From NCBI GenBank assembly GCA_045590935.1, contig JAZNSA010000018.1:1512-65511 (forward strand): a stretch of 64,000 bases of DNA, in the 5' to 3' direction. Source of the DNA: Clostridia bacterium (lineage in GTDB: Bacteria > Bacillota > Clostridia > UBA1381 > UMGS1253). How positions within the stretch are numbered: the first letter of the stretch is position 1; each line of letters starts with the position of its first letter. The translations under genes and the position numbers were made by a program. The notes beneath the pieces were generated by a model. That model did not search any database. It was not told the origin of the DNA and saw nothing but the letters and a program-made list of their open reading frames with translations. Positions 57,554 through 64,000 of this stretch are shown piece after piece.

Positions 57554-57592
57554 GTGGATGTTCTTTGAAAGAGCATTAACATCCGCTTTTTT
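57554..57592 (+). terminator. intrinsic terminator of the micro-ORF operon
   Basis: gtggatgtt / aacatccgc form a stem (one G-U pair) followed by TTTTTT. Confidence 0.6.
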
Positions 57593-57635
57593 GTTGTATA
57601 AAAATATAGTTTTGTTTTGTATCTAAAAAATATAT

Positions 57636-57712
57636 GTGCCCGTAGCTCAGCTGGATAGAGTAACAGACTCCGACTCTGTAGGTCGTGCGTTCGAATCGCA
57701 TCGGGCATACCA
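57636..57712 (+). tRNA. tRNA-Arg (anticodon CCG), CCA encoded
   Basis: Manual cloverleaf: acceptor GTGCCCG/CGGGCAT, D-arm GCTC-AGCTGGATA-GAGT, anticodon arm ACAGA-CTCCGAC-TCTGT, T-arm GTGCG-TTCGAAT-CGCAT, discriminator A plus CCA; 77 nt. Confidence 0.9.
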
Positions 57713-57717
57713 GAAAA

Positions 57718-57747
57718 AAGCACCTTGCTTATGCAAGATGCTTTTTT
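57718..57747 (+). terminator. intrinsic terminator after tRNA-Arg
   Basis: aagcaccttgc-ttat-gcaagatgctt (1 mismatch) followed by TTTTT. Confidence 0.65.
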
Positions 57748-57751
57748 GGGC

Positions 57752-57850
57752 TAAATCCGTCTGCGGCGAAATAAATCCATCTATGGTGGATGAAATCTGC
57801 TAACGCTGACGAAATCGCCTGCGGCGGATAAAAGACGGATTTAATTTCAT
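57752..57850 (+). repeat. D-family structured repeat, copy D2 (downstream of tRNA-Arg terminator)
   Basis: TAAATCCGTCT ... AGACGGATTT inverted termini. It is homologous to the reverse complement of 41203-41298. Extra GATTTC words continue to about 57905. Confidence 0.75.
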
Positions 57851-57932
57851 CAAAACGAAAGCTTGGATTTCACCGTGAGAGTATCGAACGATTTCATTGA
57901 AATTAAGTGTCATCTGAACAGTTCGCATCTTT

Positions 57933-57974
57933 CAAAAAATCGACAAGTTTTCAAAAAGCCTTGTCGATTTTTAC
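57933..57974. terminator. bidirectional terminator-like hairpin at the end of the truncated TIM-barrel gene
   Basis: atcgacaag / cttgtcgat form a stem flanked by an A-run and a T-run. Confidence 0.55.
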
Positions 57975-58299
57975 TTTTTCTATTTCTTTTTCGCTCTTCA
58001 CTAACAAATCCTGTCGATTATATCAATGAGTTTTTTACTTTACTATTATTGCAAGATATATCAACTATGCTAAACGGATTAAACAGCAAATGAAAGGACC
58101 ATAGCTCAACTCCATACTCATCAGCGTATTTTCTCAAACTCTTATAATCCATATCAAGGCACCTATCATAAGACACCGACACTTCAATTGCATCTATTCC
58201 CACCTTCGCGCAATCTTTAAATAGCTTCGGACTTACCTCAGGTCCAACCTTGTCATAAAAAAGCTTCCCGCCCGCTAGAGACAATCCGTTTTTATGCAT
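57951..58299 (-). pseudogene. truncated sugar phosphate isomerase/epimerase (xylose isomerase-like TIM barrel) remnant
   Basis: The 93-aa ORF (..AKVGIDAIEVSV..YADEYGVELWSFHL..) stops early. A shifted frame adds ..DLLVKSEKEIEKVKIDKAF* and then the terminator. Family members normally have 250 aa or more. Confidence 0.5.
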
Positions 58300-58316
58300 T
58301 TTTTCTCACATCTATA

Positions 58317-58817
58317 CTATCTGTTTTCATTTTGAATTTCAGACAAAACAACTGCCGTATAAACAAAATTAGCCAGCCCACACACCGTACTCTTTATAAG
58401 CCTGAGCTCGGGGCTGTCAGGTTTTTCATCATGAATAGGCTCTCCGCCAAATGTAACCTGCAATGCATTTTCAAGTTCATCGCAAAACATATCATACGCT
58501 ATATGCATTCTGTTTTTCTTTAACACCATATTTATCCCCGCGTGTATCCTTGTTATGGGAAAAAACTTTTTCAAAATGCATATAACATATAGAAAAGCAA
58601 GATTTTCTCTATTATATTTCTTATTTACAGGCGGGCTGATAATCTTCATCTTTACATAATTGTTTATCATCGAAGACGTTATAATCTTTTCATCCCCATA
58701 AAAAGGAATAACGTAATCCTCCAAAACGCTGACAAGCTGGTCTTTATATATATCTATTGTCGGCATTGTTTCATATCTTGGGCAACGATAGCTCAAGAAA
58801 GTTTCGTAAGACATCAT
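58317..58817 (-). CDS. DUF1836 domain-containing protein
   Basis: ..ITSSMINNYVKMKIISPPVNKKYNRENLAFLYVICILKKFF.. matches the DUF1836 core pattern as I remember it. The start is uncertain (ATG 58817 or TTG 58832). Confidence 0.65.
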   Translation of the reverse strand: MMSYETFLSYRCPRYETMPTIDIYKDQLVSVLEDYVIPFYGDEKIITSSMINNYVKMKIISPPVNKKYNRENLAFLYVICILKKFFPITRIHAGINMVLKKNRMHIAYDMFCDELENALQVTFGGEPIHDEKPDSPELRLIKSTVCGLANFVYTAVVLSEIQNENR

Positions 58818-58964
58818 ACTACCCCATTTCAAAAATTATATTACCTAAAGTATAACACGAGAACGCGCAAATGTCAAGGCATCTTGCCTGTTTTAAGCCG
58901 TTTTGTGTGTATAAGTCGTATAAATAATACTTTTATTATTTTTTTATTTTAGTCGTTTTACCAA

Positions 58965-58993
58965 TTTACACGCCGCTTTGCTTATGATATAAT
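58965..58993 (+). promoter_or_regulatory. putative sigma-A promoter of pnuC
   Basis: TTTACA, a 17-nt spacer ending in TGA, then TATAAT (extended -10). Confidence 0.45.
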
Positions 58994-59101
58994 TAATACA
59001 TACTTGCCACCGGGTAAGGAAATGCTTACGCATTCGTTTGCACATCGTTAGGTCTTAGAAGATGTGCAGTCGGGTGCTTATTTTTTTGGAGGAATTTATT
59101 T

Positions 59102-59788
59102 ATGAGAAAAAAACTTGATTACTTTTCAAAGGTTGAAAAGCTTTTATGGCTTTTTTCCGTCTTATTTATACTTATTTCATTTTTATTGTTTGACAGAGAG
59201 AACCTCCTGACTTTTTTTGCATCACTTCTCGGCGTAACATCTCTTATATTCAATGCAAAGGGCAACCCCTTCGGTCAATTTCTTATGGTTATATTCAGCG
59301 TTATGTATGGCATTATTTCTTTTAGCTTTCGCTATTACGGTGAAATGATAACATATCTTGGTATGACTGCACCTATGGCAGTTTTTGCACTTATTTCGTG
59401 GCTTAAAAACCCATATAAAGGAAACAGAGCAGAGGTTGAAATCAATAAAATAAGCCGAAAAGAAACCGTTTTTATGTACCTTCTGACTGCAATTGTAACT
59501 TTTATTTTTTACTATATATTAAAATTTTTCAACACTTCAAATATAATTCCAAGCACACTTTCGGTAACAACAAGCTTTATCGCCGTTTATCTGACATTCA
59601 GGCGAAGCCCGTATTTTGCAGTAGCATACGCCTCAAACGATATTGTTTTAATAATTTTATGGGTATTAGCTGCATCTGAAAATATTTCATATTTATCCGT
59701 TGTAATTTGCTTTATAGTTTTCTTGGTAAACGATTTGTATGGATTTTTCAACTGGTTAAAAATGCAAAATCGACAAATGCAAAGGTGA
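59102..59788 (+). CDS. pnuC: nicotinamide riboside transporter PnuC family
   Basis: 228 aa membrane protein with the GNPFGQFLM, WLKNPYKG and FFNWLKM motifs typical of PnuC. SD GGAGGA. Confidence 0.85.
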   Translation: MRKKLDYFSKVEKLLWLFSVLFILISFLLFDRENLLTFFASLLGVTSLIFNAKGNPFGQFLMVIFSVMYGIISFSFRYYGEMITYLGMTAPMAVFALISWLKNPYKGNRAEVEINKISRKETVFMYLLTAIVTFIFYYILKFFNTSNIIPSTLSVTTSFIAVYLTFRRSPYFAVAYASNDIVLIILWVLAASENISYLSVVICFIVFLVNDLYGFFNWLKMQNRQMQR

Positions 59789-59811
59789 TAAGCTCGCCTT
59801 TGCATTTTTTT
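59777..59811 (+). terminator. intrinsic terminator of pnuC (stem includes the stop codon)
   Basis: atgcaaaggtg / cgcctttgcat form a stem followed by TTTTTTT. Confidence 0.65.
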
Positions 59812-59834
59812 ATATATCAAACATTTTAACAAAT

Positions 59835-60782
59835 TTATTCTTCATCTTTTTTAAAATTAATCATATCTTTAATAATATATTGAGGTCTGTTTTTCGTTTC
59901 ATCATATATCCTTGCAATATATTCCGACATAACCCAAAGCGAAAGAAGAATAACGCCGCTAAAAAACGTTAAAGCAACCATAAGCGACGTCCATCCCGGA
60001 GAAAGCTCATTTAGGGAAAACGCATAAGAAATCAACGCATATAACAAAATTACAAACGAAATTCCAATCGAAACAAACCCAACAAATCCAACAAGCTTTA
60101 ACGGCTTTGTTGAAAATCCGATTATTCCGTCGAGTGCCAGCTTAATCATCTTTTTAAGCGGGTACTTTGTATTTCCTGCAAATCTCTCTTTTCTTTCGTA
60201 CTCGAATGGGATTTGCTTATAACCAACCCAACTAAATAAGCCTCTTAAAAATTTATTATGCTCGGGAAGCGAATTAATAGTATCAACAACGCTTCGGTCT
60301 ACCAATCTGAAATCGCCCGTATCGCTTGGGATTTCTACGTCGGAAAGTGCATTTAATGTCTTATAAAACATCTTAGCCGTCAAAAGCTTAAGCTTAGCCT
60401 CACCCTCACGAGTTTTTCGTTTCCCATATATAACGTCGTTGCCTTGCTTCCACAAAAAAAGCATCCTTTCAATAAGCTCAGGCGGGTCTTGCATATCGGC
60501 ATCTATTATAACCACCGCATCGCCCGACACATATTTAAGCCCCGCTGTAACAGCCGCCTGATGCCCAAAATTTCTCGAAAAATTTATAACCTTAACGCAT
60601 TCATCGCACGAAGCAATTTCAGCAAGGATTTTTCCTGTATTATCCCTGCTTCCGTCATTTATAAATATAATTTCATAGCTATATCCCGCAAGAGACTCCA
60701 AAACATTTTTTATGCGAAAATAGCACTCATTAGCAACCTCTTGCTCACAATACATTGGTATAACAACCGAAACCTTAGTCAT
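59835..60782 (-). CDS. family 2 glycosyltransferase, polyprenol-phosphate sugar transferase type (GtrB/ArnC-like)
   Basis: VSVVIPMYCEQE, INDGSRDNT and the DxD motif DADMQDPPE, with two C-terminal TM helices. ATG 60782 has GAGGGA 9 nt upstream. Confidence 0.85.
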   Translation of the reverse strand: MTKVSVVIPMYCEQEVANECYFRIKNVLESLAGYSYEIIFINDGSRDNTGKILAEIASCDECVKVINFSRNFGHQAAVTAGLKYVSGDAVVIIDADMQDPPELIERMLFLWKQGNDVIYGKRKTREGEAKLKLLTAKMFYKTLNALSDVEIPSDTGDFRLVDRSVVDTINSLPEHNKFLRGLFSWVGYKQIPFEYERKERFAGNTKYPLKKMIKLALDGIIGFSTKPLKLVGFVGFVSIGISFVILLYALISYAFSLNELSPGWTSLMVALTFFSGVILLSLWVMSEYIARIYDETKNRPQYIIKDMINFKKDEE

Positions 60783-61077
60783 TTTTATCAATCCCTCTTA
60801 TAAATGGTCTGCTCATAAAGATTTCACCCTTACAAGCAGACCCTTTAATGTTTATTCTTTTATTTTGTAAAAACTGTTGCTCTGACGTCAATTAATTCTC
60901 CGAAAATTCCATATATTTCGTTTCTTATTTTAACTGTACGCAAAACATAGATAATGCTCATTAAGACAGAAATAATTTTTTTAATTTTAGATTTTTTTAT
61001 ATAACACCTACAATTATATTATAGTAAAATTTAGCTTCAAAGTCAATAGTAGTTTTAATTAAAGATGCGTTTTTTTC

Positions 61078-61121
61078 AATAAAAACAGGTGTTATAAAGC
61101 TTATTTCATCTTTATAACACC
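61078..61121 (-). terminator. intrinsic terminator of the 5-FCL gene (stop codon in loop)
   Basis: 12-bp perfect stem ggtgttataaag / ctttataacacc, followed on the minus strand by a T-rich run. Confidence 0.6.
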
Positions 61122-61676
61122 CTCCTCTGATACAATTGCATCCATAGCTACGTCATACGGCAAAATTTCAAACTCATCAAGAATTTGAAAATCGTAGCAC
61201 ACCCCAAGCTTATATGCCGTTGTATCCTTCAAAAACCTATCGTAATATCCTTTTCCAAAGCCAATTCTTCCCCCGACTCTGCTAAAACAAATCCCCGGAA
61301 CTAAAACTAAATCAACCTCACCAAATTCACATTTTTTCTCACCCGACGGCTCAAAAATTCCATAAGCACCCTTTTTTAACACTTCCCCTATATACGCAAG
61401 CGAAACAGTATTTGTTTTCTCGTCGGTTATCGGCGCGGCAACCTTTTTATTTTGCTCTTTGCATTTTGAAATAACCTCTTTTAAGTCAACCTCGCCGAAT
61501 GCCGCCATATATACGCATACAACATTTGCATTTTTAAATTCAGGCAATTCAAAAATATTCATAGAAATTTTATGACTGCTTAATCTCCGCAGGGCTTCGG
61601 GGTACGCCTTTCGTTTTTCTTTCATATCCTTTCGGATACTCTCTTTCGTATTTTCCGTTTTCTCCAAATTTAACAC
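61101..61676 (-). CDS. 5-formyltetrahydrofolate cyclo-ligase
   Basis: ..VLVPGICFSRVGGRIGFGKGYYDRFL.. is the family signature; about 190 aa. The start is uncertain (GTG 61676 or TTG 61667). Confidence 0.85.
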   Translation of the reverse strand: MLNLEKTENTKESIRKDMKEKRKAYPEALRRLSSHKISMNIFELPEFKNANVVCVYMAAFGEVDLKEVISKCKEQNKKVAAPITDEKTNTVSLAYIGEVLKKGAYGIFEPSGEKKCEFGEVDLVLVPGICFSRVGGRIGFGKGYYDRFLKDTTAYKLGVCYDFQILDEFEILPYDVAMDAIVSEEGVIKMK

Positions 61677-61694
61677 TCCGATATCAACTAAAAC

Positions 61695-62663
61695 TTACTT
61701 TTGGATTTCTTCCCACATTTTGACTATTTCTCCTGCTTCATAGCTTAAAAACAGCTCAATATCTTTGTCAAAGACTGCCTCTAAATCTTCAAAAACATTT
61801 TTTGCCAATTCTTTGTCAACAACAACTTTGTCAAGCTTGTGTGTGTTTTTATTAATATACCCACGCACACCCATTGCTTCGCCGCTCAAAACGTCTATCA
61901 ATGCATAAATTTTATAATCACCTTCATCGGCAATGTAGCTCAAGGCATCAGCGCCGTTGTCATCAAAAATGCTTTCATACGTTTTTCCTTCTGAAACAAC
62001 CTTTTCTCCGTTTTCAACAACAATTGTTTTATCTGCGCCTGACATTTCCGTACAGTTATATGACTGATTTAAAATATTCATTTCAACCTTGCTAAAAGTA
62101 ATTTTGTTTACCTCATCTGCCCCCAACGCAATCTTAATATTCCCCTTGCTAAAAGCAACAGAAAAATCTGCGGACGCACTTATAATAAATTCATTGGTCT
62201 TTCTCATTTCAGCGTTATATGCCTTAACAAAATCATCATCGCTTAAAATTACTGCCTTTGCCTCATCATCCCACGCAACATCAACTCCAAACGACTCAGC
62301 AATTGCCCTTGCAGGCACCATCGTTCTCGAATTGATAATCTTTGCCGCAACATCAAGCGCCACAGTATTTTCATTTGCAAAAAACTGCATTTCTCCTATT
62401 GTCATCCTTATTTTGACATCGCCTCTCGTTGCAGTTACGGTTTTAGTTGTATCGTCCCATTCTACCTCTGCGCCCATAGCCTCAAAAATTGCTCTCAACG
62501 GCACAAGCGTTCTTCCATTTTCAATGACAGGGGCAGAATCAAATAAAACTGCTTTACCATCAAGGAAAATTTTTATTTCTTTGCTCTCGCTTGCATACGC
62601 ACCAACCTGAACGCAAAGCAAAACTGCCAAAACAATCATAAATACTTTTAAAAACTTTTTCAT
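61695..62663 (-). CDS. secreted protein with copper amine oxidase N-terminal (stalk-like) repeats
   Basis: Signal peptide MKKFLKVFMIVLAVLLCVQVGAYA, then two repeats GRTLVPLRAIFEAMGAEVEWDD and SRTMVPARAIAESFGVDVAWDD. Confidence 0.7.
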   Translation of the reverse strand: MKKFLKVFMIVLAVLLCVQVGAYASESKEIKIFLDGKAVLFDSAPVIENGRTLVPLRAIFEAMGAEVEWDDTTKTVTATRGDVKIRMTIGEMQFFANENTVALDVAAKIINSRTMVPARAIAESFGVDVAWDDEAKAVILSDDDFVKAYNAEMRKTNEFIISASADFSVAFSKGNIKIALGADEVNKITFSKVEMNILNQSYNCTEMSGADKTIVVENGEKVVSEGKTYESIFDDNGADALSYIADEGDYKIYALIDVLSGEAMGVRGYINKNTHKLDKVVVDKELAKNVFEDLEAVFDKDIELFLSYEAGEIVKMWEEIQK

Positions 62664-62745
62664 AAATCTAATCCTTTCTTTGTAGCTTATTTTATAAAGC
62701 TAATTTTTATAATATTATATCAAAGTAACACGATTTAGATACCAC
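62664..62745 (-). promoter_or_regulatory. P module copy 2: duplicated promoter/5' UTR upstream of the stalk-repeat protein gene
   Basis: Its reverse complement is about 90 percent identical to 53458-53540, including the palindrome TATAATATTATA and the SD AAAGGA. Confidence 0.6.
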
Positions 62746-62750
62746 TCTCC

Positions 62751-62886
62751 AAAGGCTTCCCCTTGAGTGGAAGCTGTCAACGATAGTTGACTGATGAGGT
62801 GTAGAATACGAAGTATTCGTCAAATCATTTTCACCTCATCCGTCAGGCAAGCGGTCCCCCTTCCCCTCAAGGGGAAGGCTTTTTTC
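62751..62886 (+). repeat. R-family mosaic repeat, copy R4
   Basis: It has the same hairpin series as R3: gatgaggtg...cacctcatc enclosing gaatac-gaa-gtattc, then ccttcccc-tcaa-ggggaagg followed here by CTTTTTT. It also carries the gtcaac-gata-gttgac hairpin shared with R2. Confidence 0.75.
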
Positions 62887-63317
62887 TTTCAACATTTTAC
62901 GACCTTTCTACTATGATTTTGTCAAGTTAGGAGAACAGTGAATAATAAGAACCATCACGAAATATAACGAAATCAAAGATTTCTATATTTCGGAGAACCT
63001 TGTTGTGCAAAGCACAATAGGACCTACTATTTTTTCACTGATTTTTCTGTATCACTTTTCCTTAGAACCCGCGAGAATACTAGATTTTCTCGCATCCGAT
63101 AGTATATGTAAATATTATAAATCGGCAAACTAATCTTTGAAAACTGCTAGACTTGACACGAGTAAATTTCATCCTTATCAAAGTCCATATTCACTTTTTA
63201 AAAATTCCCTTTCAGCTCATCGTTCTCTTCTGTGTTAATTGTTTTTTTATAAACTGTTCTTTTAAATGCCTTCTGATAATATGAAAGAAAAAGTTTTTGT
63301 AATTTACCAATAATCTT

Positions 63318-64000
63318 TTATTTCGATTTTCTATTTTTATGTAATTCCGTCTTCAATGCATAAGCTTTTGCAGGAAAGAAGAAGAAATCCAAAAACTTTA
63401 CTTTTTTTGCAATCACTGCCGCTAACACCGAAAATGCTAATCCACAAACAGTTCCCAAAAGAACATGAATCCACCACTGGGCTATATTCATACGAAGCAA
63501 GATTATTCTTATTCCAGCAGTAAATATGGTGTGTAATAAGTATATTTGAAAAGAATACTTATTTACAAAATCGAGAAAACGAGCAACAGGTTTACAGCAT
63601 TGGAGCAAAGAAATAAACATAATGCTTGAATATATTCCGAACAGTATCATTATTTCCTTTATGAATGGAGCTTCTATTTTGTTTAGAAAAACAAGCACAA
63701 CACCTGTTACTATATGCATTGATACAATTAAACATTTAGACCGATTTGAGGGATTTGTGATGCCTTTAAAATTCACAAATGTGCCGATTCCAAAGGCAAG
63801 CGCTGAATAAAACACCACATCCAAGCTTCCAAGAGGAATACCAAAAAGAGGAGCTATATAGCCTATTAAAACAACAATAAGCGTAATTTGCCAATTTTTT
63901 ATCATTCCTGAAAAAGCCGTCCAAATACAAAACAAAAAGAATAGCGCATACAAAAACCAATATTGGGCAACAGGGGTTTTCCATATATAAAGAATGTCTG
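63318..64000 (-). CDS. acyltransferase family 3 membrane protein, C-terminal part (5' end beyond window)
   Basis: The frame stays open upstream of the track start to the window edge (..DILYIWKTPVAQYWFLYALFFLF..). It is multi-pass hydrophobic with QIYLLHTIF near the C-terminus. Confidence 0.7.
   Translation of the reverse strand, partial: DILYIWKTPVAQYWFLYALFFLFCIWTAFSGMIKNWQITLIVVLIGYIAPLFGIPLGSLDVVFYSALAFGIGTFVNFKGITNPSNRSKCLIVSMHIVTGVVLVFLNKIEAPFIKEIMILFGIYSSIMFISLLQCCKPVARFLDFVNKYSFQIYLLHTIFTAGIRIILLRMNIAQWWIHVLLGTVCGLAFSVLAAVIAKKVKFLDFFFFPAKAYALKTELHKNRKSK

Noticed and set aside
62795-62835. The CTGATGAG string in R4 (gttgactgatgaggtgtagaatacgaagtattcgtc) resembles the hammerhead ribozyme core CUGAUGA followed by stem II.
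   Set aside because: No GAAA box follows the stem, and there is no stem III or cleavage-site context. The homologous position in R3 reads ggtggtgagg, so the match is not conserved and is coincidental.
63190-63317. In-frame open extension after the acyltransferase stop (KIIGKLQKLFLSYYQKAFKRTVYKKTINTEENDELKGNF*), which could indicate stop-codon read-through or a lost downstream gene.
   Set aside because: It is a single TAA with no recoding signal that I can see, and the stretch has no start codon of its own. It is most simply a relic.
1-64000. I searched by eye for CRISPR arrays, transposases or IS ends, phage genes, toxin-antitoxin pairs, restriction or defence genes, reverse transcriptases, and biosynthetic enzymes (rSAM, ATP-grasp, lanthipeptide, NRPS/PKS).
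   Set aside because: None was found. Every ORF of 100 aa or more on the coding strand is accounted for by a housekeeping, sporulation, transport or envelope function, so I do not claim a defence island or gene cluster in this window.

Overview
AT-rich (GC not computed) chromosomal core segment from an endospore-forming member of the class Clostridia. Supporting genes are dpaA/dpaB, spoIIM, yqfC/yqfD, ylbJ, SpoVD- and SpoVE-like genes, and an IspH-S1 fusion of the clostridial type. There are about 62 protein genes, nearly all housekeeping and mostly on the minus strand: holB-darA; t6A genes tsaD/rimI/tsaC; a block of two Gfo/Idh/MocA oxidoreductases, an MFS transporter and cysK that also holds a decayed gene; dipicolinate synthase; cmk-plsC-ispH/S1; xerD-spoIIM; a dcw cluster mraZ-rsmH-ftsL-pbp-murE-murF-mraY-ftsW-murG-murA-ftsQ-DUF881-sbp-ftsZ; hflX-yigZ; smpB-ssrA; pckG; aroA; recO-yqzL-era-ybeY-phoH-yqfD-yqfC; ylbJ; ispD-ispF; pnuC; a GT2; 5-FCL. 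There is one tRNA (Arg-CCG) and one tmRNA. I recognise no prophage, transposase, CRISPR array, toxin-antitoxin pair, restriction or defence genes, and no biosynthetic enzymes. The gene list leaves several things unexplained. (1) A stand-alone operon of two paralogous acidic micro-ORFs (36 and 35 aa) sits behind a perfect consensus promoter next to tRNA-Arg. (2) A 159-nt hairpin-and-word element occurs in two 95 percent identical copies, each behind its own consensus promoter; one leads into ispDF, and together they bracket a 2.3-kb two-gene surface-protein cassette. (3) Two further families of structured intergenic repeats are present: D lies after the tmRNA and tRNA terminators, and R is a mosaic family with four copies. 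(4) Two secreted-protein genes share a duplicated promoter/5' UTR module. There are also small decay and duplication events. I cannot show that any of these is a new biological system. The micro-ORF pair and the promoter-driven structured element are the best candidates, and both need comparative and transcript data. Names G, D, R and P for repeats are my own labels.
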